IMG/VR virus record: IMGVR_UViG_3300046807_000026
Location: 1 to 52,569 of that record
Strand: one strand, 5' to 3'
DNA from: a virus
Taxonomy: Duplodnaviria; Caudoviricetes
Length of the DNA stretch: 52,569 nt
In this document: in pieces, positions 46,431-52,569 of the stretch
Numbering within the stretch: the first letter of the stretch is position 1
Layout: each line of letters opens with the position of its first letter
The notes under the pieces: generated by a model
Databases searched by the model: none
What the model was told of the DNA's origin: nothing
What the model saw: the letters and a program-made list of their open reading frames with translations, nothing else
Position numbers and translations under genes: made by a program

Positions 46431-47345
46431 TTACATATCATCCTTATGTCGAATGCCGACCAGTACTGGAAAGCGAGGTAGATTATAACCTGTTCCAACG
46501 TCAAAGTACTTAACTTTTGCAAGTTGACCCATCAATGTTTCCCTGCGTTCCCACAAGTCTTCTCGAATTGCGTCAGTCATACCACTACCACAACTGAATG
46601 TATCGCCTTTAGAGGTGCGTAGAATCAACGATCCCATTGTGTCTAGGGCTACCATACCATCTTTAGCTGTAGAGCGTTCTGTGCGTCCTAGCTCATTAAT
46701 CTTTGCAGCGTTAGTATTTGTGTACTTAGGCTCCCAACCAATGATTTCAAATTCGTTATCAACAAAGCGTTTGACCTTTTGTAGTTCTGGATTCTTAGTA
46801 CCAGAGCGACCACGTTTATATTTAGCATCGGTATCACGAATCATAACACCTTCTGCACCTTGAGCCAGCATTTCCGCTTCAAATTCATCAAGCTGCTCAT
46901 CACATGATATAGAATAGTGCGGTAATACTTCTACTCGCAATGGTAAACGATCATCACGATCCATATTAACCAAATGAGCGTAACGCTCCAACCAAGTAGA
47001 TGTAGGATGAAAGCGGTCAAATACCCAAAAAGTAAAATCTGGTTCACCCTCAATACGCATAACTCCAGAAGTACTTTGATTAAATACATCAGGTGCGTTC
47101 TTATTACCAATGATTAGTTCACCATCTAGGCCATCCAGTAAACCACCTGTCCATTGGTTCTTAAAATAAGCTTGAATAAACTTGTTTGGAATTGGTTTAA
47201 GGCTACGTGAGTAAGCTACACCACCGAATACAATGCAGCGAATACCGTCAAGTTTTTCTGACATATAACGGTTTGTTGGTTGTGTTTTGACTTTAGTTTG
47301 CTCAATTGCAAGCTGCGGCTTAAAGCCTTCTGGAATTGTCATCAA
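46431..47345 (-). CDS. ATP-dependent DNA ligase
   Basis: EKLDGIR, LDGEL, EGVMIR, K-x-K, RFPV motifs. Confidence 0.92.
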   Translation of the reverse strand: MMTIPEGFKPQLAIEQTKVKTQPTNRYMSEKLDGIRCIVFGGVAYSRSLKPIPNKFIQAYFKNQWTGGLLDGLDGELIIGNKNAPDVFNQSTSGVMRIEGEPDFTFWVFDRFHPTSTWLERYAHLVNMDRDDRLPLRVEVLPHYSISCDEQLDEFEAEMLAQGAEGVMIRDTDAKYKRGRSGTKNPELQKVKRFVDNEFEIIGWEPKYTNTNAAKINELGRTERSTAKDGMVALDTMGSLILRTSKGDTFSCGSGMTDAIREDLWERRETLMGQLAKVKYFDVGTGYNLPRFPVLVGIRHKDDM

Positions 47346-47438
47346 TGTTCTCCAATCTTAAAAATGCGATAACGTTTGTTGCCAAGCTTCAAGTATACAC
47401 CAGCATAGTAGAAAAGTTTAGGACTTTGATAAATTAAT

Positions 47439-47609
47439 TTAGGAATTGTCATCTTCATCATCCCATTCTTCAATGATCCGTTGAGCTTCTTCAAAACCTT
47501 CCCAATTATCTACGCCAGCAGCTTCAAGAGCATACAACCAACGATCTCGATTAAGTAGTTTGTCGTATTCTGCTTGTGGAATGGTTACAACTTTATCAGA
47601 ACTATTCAT
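47439..47609 (-). CDS. Small hypothetical protein (56 aa, not in the ORF track)
   Basis: LYALEAAGVDNWEGF motif seen in small phage proteins; RBS ggag. Confidence 0.6.
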   Translation of the reverse strand: MNSSDKVVTIPQAEYDKLLNRDRWLYALEAAGVDNWEGFEEAQRIIEEWDDEDDNS

Positions 47610-47971
47610 TTAGTTTTCTCCTTGACTTTACCTTTAAGAGTATCAAGCTCTTCTGCAAGTTTATACTCAATAAGTTCCAATGTCTGTTTACCAATATTAC
47701 TTTCCATAACTTTTTCACCAGTGTAAGCACCTGCCATCATCCACATTGTGCGTTCGCTTGGTAGCAACGTACCGATTGTACCACAAGCTAGAATCACAGC
47801 AATAGGCCATGAATAGAACTTACCTCTTTTATTCCAATAGTCGGCATTAGAAAGTAAATAACCTACTACGTATAAAACATAGAAAACACATGTACTAGCA
47901 AATATGAAACCTAGAAATTTTGAAATACTGCTAATAACACCAGCCATATAAATTAGAAAAACTAAGCTCAT
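47606..47971 (-). CDS. Membrane protein
   Basis: Two to three TM segments. Confidence 0.65.
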   Translation of the reverse strand: MSLVFLIYMAGVISSISKFLGFIFASTCVFYVLYVVGYLLSNADYWNKRGKFYSWPIAVILACGTIGTLLPSERTMWMMAGAYTGEKVMESNIGKQTLELIEYKLAEELDTLKGKVKEKTK

Positions 47972-48114
47972 TGTTGTACCACCTGTAAAATCATGTTAAT
48001 ACCTTGAATAACCATCTGCTGCTCCATTGGATTCAACTGATGCCATGTACGTTTATCACCAAACTTTGCAGCTACTGCAGACCAAAATTTCTCTACATCT
48101 GATTGATTACTCAT
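47968..48114 (-). CDS. Small hypothetical protein (48 aa, not in the ORF track)
   Basis: MSNQSDVEKFWSAVAAKFG...; coupled to neighbours at both ends. Confidence 0.5.
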   Translation of the reverse strand: MSNQSDVEKFWSAVAAKFGDKRTWHQLNPMEQQMVIQGINMILQVVQQ

Positions 48115-48697
48115 TGATATGCCTTTCTGTATAACCATCTAATTTTAACATAGGAAAAAGAGACTCTTTAAACTTGATTGCATTTTGTAGTGCAATTTCT
48201 TCTCCAAGAATACCTATGTTAAACGATTTTATAATAGTTTTTGTTTGTAATTTAACTAAAACTCTGTAGTAATGATTGTAATCACCACATCCGTTTGGAA
48301 TTCTAACACGACTAATGGAAGGATATCCTGTTTTATTATTTATATTCTTTTTACGATTTCTGCCATTTATTAAATGGTCCACCAGTCTTAAATTTTCAAT
48401 ATTGTTATTAAAAGTATTACCATCAATATGATCTACAAGTTTATCAACTGGTATACCTTTATGTGCGAGACAGTAGACAATTCTTGCTGCTGTATACTCT
48501 TTATTTTTAAAACCAATAACCCAATAATTTTTAGACTTATAACCAGCAGTGTCATCTTTAAATCTATAATTGCTATGAGACTTACCTCTCATTCCACAAT
48601 CTTGTAACCAACGCAATCCACTAGGACTTGTTGGATCAATATAAAACCACTGTGATATTTCAGAATATTCTAAACTTTTCATGGTAGTTTTACTCAT
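48107..48697 (-). CDS. HNH homing endonuclease (same family as 28557-29117)
   Basis: VDHIDGNTFNNNIENLRLV; shared SP-x-x-L-x-W start and YTERH end. Confidence 0.85.
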   Translation of the reverse strand: MSKTTMKSLEYSEISQWFYIDPTSPSGLRWLQDCGMRGKSHSNYRFKDDTAGYKSKNYWVIGFKNKEYTAARIVYCLAHKGIPVDKLVDHIDGNTFNNNIENLRLVDHLINGRNRKKNINNKTGYPSISRVRIPNGCGDYNHYYRVLVKLQTKTIIKSFNIGILGEEIALQNAIKFKESLFPMLKLDGYTERHINE

Positions 48698-48888
48698 TTA
48701 GTTTTCTCCTTTAAGTTACCATTTTCATCATAATATGGACGACCTTCATGAATAGCTAACAAAAGTTCTTGCACTCTATTAGCTAAATGCAAGTCTCGGT
48801 CTGAGACTACATATCCTGCATTATACAGTAAAGATTTGATTGCAGCCAGACGACTAACCGCATCTTCAAAATTATCTTTATAATGCAT
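48694..48888 (-). CDS. Hypothetical protein
   Basis: Coupled ORF. Confidence 0.55.
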   Translation of the reverse strand: MHYKDNFEDAVSRLAAIKSLLYNAGYVVSDRDLHLANRVQELLLAIHEGRPYYDENGNLKEKTK

Positions 48889-49300
48889 GGATGCGCTCCT
48901 TTCGATAATTCCATTCTTGGATCATCAAGTCCTCTACGTAAGTTCCCTTGATGTGCGTTTGAGTCTCAAGTATAGCAGCAATGTGATCATCTTCCATATC
49001 ACACAAGTAAATATATTTTCCGTATGGTAGAAGTTCACCGTACTTACCGTAGGACTTCCACACAAAAGCTTCACGAATGGTTTCAAAAGGATCACTCAGG
49101 TATACATCCATTGGTGTTGCAGGTGTTGTATTTACGCTACGGCGTAAGTAATCGTTACCACCGTCTACTACGTAAGTTTCACCGGATACTTTATCCAAGT
49201 GCTCTTTATAGTCATATCGGTTATAGCTACGCAGGTAAGTACCATCTGGTGTCATAATAGCGTTGCAAATAATAGTTTCACTCTTCGCTTTCATCTTCAC
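48878..49300 (-). CDS. Conserved-looking hypothetical protein
   Basis: VDGGNDYLRR motif. Confidence 0.65.
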   Translation of the reverse strand: MKMKAKSETIICNAIMTPDGTYLRSYNRYDYKEHLDKVSGETYVVDGGNDYLRRSVNTTPATPMDVYLSDPFETIREAFVWKSYGKYGELLPYGKYIYLCDMEDDHIAAILETQTHIKGTYVEDLMIQEWNYRKERIHAL

Positions 49301-49433
49301 TCCATACTTCTATAATTTCAGGGTCATGTGCAGAGGCATCAAAGAATTGTAATGCATATTTGATAGCTTCAGCTTCATTGCACACATCGCATTCGATTTG
49401 TTCTTCAACTTGTATTGTTACGTAATATTTCAT
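49278..49433 (-). CDS. Small acidic hypothetical protein (51 aa, not in the ORF track)
   Basis: MKYYVTIQVEEQIE...; RBS aaggag. Confidence 0.5.
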   Translation of the reverse strand: MKYYVTIQVEEQIECDVCNEAEAIKYALQFFDASAHDPEIIEVWSEDESEE

Positions 49434-49663
49434 GTATTAATCTCCTTAAATAATTTCAGAACTTCTCTTACTGCAGGTACATACATGTCAGCTTTTTCAC
49501 CCCATGACCAACCAGCATCAAGAAATATATCTTCGATTTGTTTGTCGGTTAGATCAACCCATTCTGAACGTTTTATACCAGCTTTATAGCCATTATCATA
49601 AGCTGTTTTAATAGCTTGTTTAACTTCATCAAGTGCATTTAAAGCTTCTTGTATTTTACTCAT
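49430..49663 (-). CDS. Hypothetical protein
   Basis: Start MSKIQ after RBS aggag; WVDLTD motif. Confidence 0.6.
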   Translation of the reverse strand: MSKIQEALNALDEVKQAIKTAYDNGYKAGIKRSEWVDLTDKQIEDIFLDAGWSWGEKADMYVPAVREVLKLFKEINT

Positions 49664-49869
49664 GTGTTTTTCTCCTTTAACCAACTTTCAATAAGTTCTG
49701 CCAGCATAACATCGGATTTTCCACCTTGAATTTCAAGAGATAGTTTTTGTTCATCTGTTAAACCAACCCATTGCTTTGCTTCCAACCGATCATTACGAGC
49801 ACGTAACAAACGATTTTCTTGCTCTAATTCATCAATTTCATTCTGCATACGCTCTTCTGCTGTACTCAT
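49660..49869 (-). CDS. Hypothetical protein
   Basis: Coiled coil plus WVGLTD motif. Confidence 0.6.
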   Translation of the reverse strand: MSTAEERMQNEIDELEQENRLLRARNDRLEAKQWVGLTDEQKLSLEIQGGKSDVMLAELIESWLKEKNT

Positions 49870-50039
49870 AGTTTCTCCATCTTAATGTTACGCAAACTTG
49901 AACTCTTACGCATTTGATGTAAGTGCCAGTTTGCACTTTTATCATCACAAGCGTAAGAACGATTTGAGATTGTACCATCGTTTTTAACTTCTTGCCATGT
50001 CAACCGAATATTTTTAATGTCTTTTGCTTTTAGCTTCAT
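49866..50039 (-). CDS. Small hypothetical protein (57 aa, not in the ORF track)
   Basis: MKLKAKDIKNIRLTWQE...; ATGA-coupled on both sides. Confidence 0.5.
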   Translation of the reverse strand: MKLKAKDIKNIRLTWQEVKNDGTISNRSYACDDKSANWHLHQMRKSSSLRNIKMEKL

Positions 50040-50350
50040 GATCCCATCCCTTCAGATGCAATTGGTTTGTACACTGTATTACGAGTGATGATTGTACCAT
50101 CAAAAAGAACTTTTCTAACAACTGATGTTCTTACATCAAAGCAGTTACCTAGTGCTGGATGAGCGATCACATACTGTAGATGTGCTACAGGTTGCTTAGG
50201 ATCACCATTCCAGTTAGAAAACTGCGGTACACCTATATAGTATACTACTGGTTTTTCTTGTTCTTTCTCTACGTAAGCAAGTTTCGGAATGCACCCATGT
50301 TGCATACAGTGCTGTACTGTTTCGCATTCATCGCAAATAACTCTATTCAT
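50036..50350 (-). CDS. Hypothetical protein with N-terminal Cys cluster
   Basis: Start MNRVICDEC after RBS aggag. Confidence 0.6.
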   Translation of the reverse strand: MNRVICDECETVQHCMQHGCIPKLAYVEKEQEKPVVYYIGVPQFSNWNGDPKQPVAHLQYVIAHPALGNCFDVRTSVVRKVLFDGTIITRNTVYKPIASEGMGS

Positions 50351-50406
50351 AAAATACTCCTTTACTTTGTTGATTTCTTGCACTCATACCTGCATTGTAC
50401 TACAGA

Positions 50407-50502
50407 TTAACCCAATGTTAACCTAAGATCAACCTGAGTTCAACCTTGAGACTAACCCTTCAACTTAACCTTCGCTAACCCCCGTAACCCCCTTGATGAC
50501 CT
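50407..50502. repeat. Array of (T/C)AACC motifs at ~11-bp spacing; candidate replication origin or protein-binding array
   Basis: AACC at 50409, 50420, 50431, 50442, 50454, 50467, 50477 and 50486, in an intergenic region at the strand switch. Confidence 0.6.
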
Positions 50503-50504
50503 GA

Positions 50505-50533
50505 ATTGTACCAACATCTGCAAGTCTTGTCAA
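50505..50533 (-). promoter_or_regulatory. Leftward sigma70 promoter
   Basis: TTGACA-N17-TACAAT with extended -10. Confidence 0.8.
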
Positions 50534-50566
50534 TACCCTAACGCAAAAATAATTTAAAAATATTTG

Positions 50567-50595
50567 TTGTGTTGTGCAAAAAGTTGTGCTACAGT
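50567..50595 (+). promoter_or_regulatory. Rightward promoter (divergent)
   Basis: TTGTGT-N17-TACAGT with TG extension and an upstream A/T-rich UP-like tract. Confidence 0.45.
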
Positions 50596-50628
50596 AGAGC
50601 CTTCAATCAACAACCGAAAGGAACTGAA

Positions 50629-51054
50629 ATGCTACTCAAGAATGAATTCTCACACATGATCAACCACCTTGGTCTAGAAGACGGTGAACTAGCTTTGGCT
50701 GAAATTGTATGGGAGAAAGCCGAACGAGCAATGCAAGGTAAACCAGTACAGGAAGCTGCACTTCTTAAAGAGCCGTATGTATTTACAGCAACAAAACGAG
50801 CAACTAATGAATTTACACGAGAAGAAGCTCAATTCATGACTGATCTTACACGAGACTTTCTTCGTACTGCACAATCAAACATGCGAGTTCTTCGTAACGA
50901 AATTCAAAGTGTTTGGCTACTGTGTGATCCAGATGACGAACGAACAGATCATTATTTCAATGAACTAAATACTTTGCGTAGTTATCAACGTAAAATTAAT
51001 AGTTCACTACGCAAACTTGAAAGCATTCAACATAAACTGAAGAAACAACGCTGA
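50629..51054 (+). CDS. Hypothetical protein
   Basis: ATG 50629 after RBS gaaagga. Confidence 0.65.
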   Translation: MLLKNEFSHMINHLGLEDGELALAEIVWEKAERAMQGKPVQEAALLKEPYVFTATKRATNEFTREEAQFMTDLTRDFLRTAQSNMRVLRNEIQSVWLLCDPDDERTDHYFNELNTLRSYQRKINSSLRKLESIQHKLKKQR

Positions 51055-51401
51055 TGAAACTACGGAAACGCTACACTATTATTGCTACGTGCTTTGATCG
51101 TAAAGGTCGAGTACTTGGTTCTGGTACAAACAATTACAACAAGTCGCATCCATTGATGCAGCATTTTGCTGTAAAAGCTGGAGAGTCTAACGACAAGATT
51201 TATGTACATGCAGAACTAGCTGCTGTGCTACAATCTGGACGTAAAGATATCCATAGTATCTTAGTGCAGCGTTTCCATGAAAATGGTGATATGGCAGTTG
51301 CTAAACCATGTCCAACTTGTCAAGCTATGCTCAAAGGCTTTGGTGTTAAGCTTGTTCGTTATACATCTGAAGAAGGAATTCAAGAATATGAAATTTTATA
51401 A
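51054..51401 (+). CDS. Zn-dependent cytidine-deaminase-fold protein
   Basis: HAE and KPCPTC motifs. Confidence 0.8.
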   Translation: MKLRKRYTIIATCFDRKGRVLGSGTNNYNKSHPLMQHFAVKAGESNDKIYVHAELAAVLQSGRKDIHSILVQRFHENGDMAVAKPCPTCQAMLKGFGVKLVRYTSEEGIQEYEIL

Positions 51402-51636
51402 TCCGTTTAAAGCGCACATTGTGCAATTTTCTAATGGTAAATATGCTATACGCAGGTGGAGTGTACTATCTTGGGAATATAAAGAACATACCACATATGG
51501 TAAGGAATCTGTTTATTGGTGGACCGCTATGGAGTATGTCAAAAAGTGGTGCATGGTAGATACACTTGAAGAAGCGAAAGCTTTACGTGATAAACGTAAG
51601 ATTAAAGTTAAGAAAGTACAGGTGATTCATGGCTAA
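51388..51636 (+). CDS. Hypothetical protein
   Basis: ATG 51388 after RBS aagga. Confidence 0.55.
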   Translation: MKFYNPFKAHIVQFSNGKYAIRRWSVLSWEYKEHTTYGKESVYWWTAMEYVKKWCMVDTLEEAKALRDKRKIKVKKVQVIHG

Positions 51637-52072
51637 TCAGAAAGACCTTGATGAAACTTACATGGGTACTGCTATACTACATAGCAAACTATCTAAGGCA
51701 CGTAGAGCACAGGTAGGAGCCATTCTAGTAACTAGACAGGGTGTTACCCTCAGTGGCTTTAACGGGACCGCTGCAGGTCGCCCTAACGATTGTGAAGTAT
51801 TTCAAACAGTGCATGACAATGGACCTATTTACGTTACTAAACCAGAAGTTATCCACGCTGAACTCAACTGCATTATGAAAGCTGCTCGTGAAGGTGTAAG
51901 CTGTGTAGACGCTACAGTTTATGTTACACTAGCACCTTGTGTACAGTGCGCTGCTATGATGCTACAAGCTGGAGTTAAGCGTGTTGTATATCTGCAACAG
52001 TACAGAGATGATTCTGGTGTAAAGCTACTGCAGGAATCAAATGTAATGGTACAATTGTACGATCAACTTTAA
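51629..52072 (+). CDS. dCMP deaminase
   Basis: QVGA, GFNG, HAELN, TLAPCVQCA motifs. Confidence 0.9.
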   Translation: MANQKDLDETYMGTAILHSKLSKARRAQVGAILVTRQGVTLSGFNGTAAGRPNDCEVFQTVHDNGPIYVTKPEVIHAELNCIMKAAREGVSCVDATVYVTLAPCVQCAAMMLQAGVKRVVYLQQYRDDSGVKLLQESNVMVQLYDQL

Positions 52073-52084
52073 GGAGAAATAGAC

Positions 52085-52384
52085 ATGGCATTGAAAGATC
52101 AAAAAGACGTATTGATTGCTTGGATCAATGGTGAGACTCTGCAAGTTAAAAATTCAAATGGTACTTGGAGTGATTGCCTTCCATTTTCTACATTAGATAC
52201 TTTACGTCTTAATGAATTTACATACCGCATCAAACCAAAAGAAATTGTAACTACTACGCATATTAAACCTGATTCATATAACAAAGGACTTCATGTCACT
52301 TATTCTGGAAAAGTTTACCCTCACAATCTTCGTCTAACGTGGGCAGAAGATGGTGAAACACTATTGAAAGCAGAGGTTATCTGA
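52085..52384 (+). CDS. Hypothetical protein
   Basis: AW-x-x-G-x-x-LQ...YRIKP motif; RBS aaggag. Confidence 0.65.
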   Translation: MALKDQKDVLIAWINGETLQVKNSNGTWSDCLPFSTLDTLRLNEFTYRIKPKEIVTTTHIKPDSYNKGLHVTYSGKVYPHNLRLTWAEDGETLLKAEVI

Positions 52385-52569
52385 TGAAAACATATAAAAC
52401 AACAGTAGTTGTAGAGTCAGAAGTAGAAATTCGTATTAATCCAAATGTAGATACTGCAGAATTAATCAAAGAATTTAGCGAATGCATCTTTGGGGTAGAC
52501 AGCATTGAAGAACTTGTGGAGTTTGCGTCTGCTTGTATTGCAAGAGATGAACGTAATTTTATTGAAGGT
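52384..52569 (+). CDS. Hypothetical protein, 3'-truncated by the window edge
   Basis: ATG overlapping the upstream TGA; open to the end of the window. Confidence 0.55.
   Translation, partial: MKTYKTTVVVESEVEIRINPNVDTAELIKEFSECIFGVDSIEELVEFASACIARDERNFIEG

Noticed and set aside
1-52569. Stop-codon reassignment, or prophage/integrase functions
   Set aside because: Genes are intact and densely packed under code 11, there is no suppressor tRNA, and no integrase, repressor or host genes are seen in the window.

Overview
This 52.6-kb, AT-rich window is a large part of a tailed dsDNA phage genome. The virion is siphovirus-like: HK97/lambda-type head genes, a tail tube, a 1535-aa tape measure and no sheath. 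An embedded i-/o-spanin pair indicates a Gram-negative host. The + strand (1-28.3 kb) carries an unusual fibre/adhesin module placed upstream of the head genes, followed by head, neck, tail, tail-tip and lysis genes. The - strand (28.3-50.4 kb) carries nucleotide metabolism and replication genes: thioredoxin, nrdAB, NTP pyrophosphatases, exonucleases, Endo VII, an SSB-like protein, a family B DNA polymerase, a T7-type primase-helicase, RNA and DNA ligases, three of the window's four HNH endonucleases (the fourth is in the tail module) and two tRNAs. A divergent promoter region with helically phased AACC repeats at about 50.4-50.6 kb (candidate origin) precedes + strand early genes, including two deaminases. 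The most notable observations are three. (1) An operon bracketed by tRNAs contains a non-canonical CCA-ending tRNA-like RNA, a highly structured ~330-nt RNA, a putative nucleotidyltransferase and a tandem paralog pair. (2) The tail assembly chaperone has a tightly constrained +1 frameshift site (UUU-CGA). (3) The giant beta-propeller/LamG adhesins have a nested domain architecture. All functional calls come from motif recognition by eye; no database searches were run.
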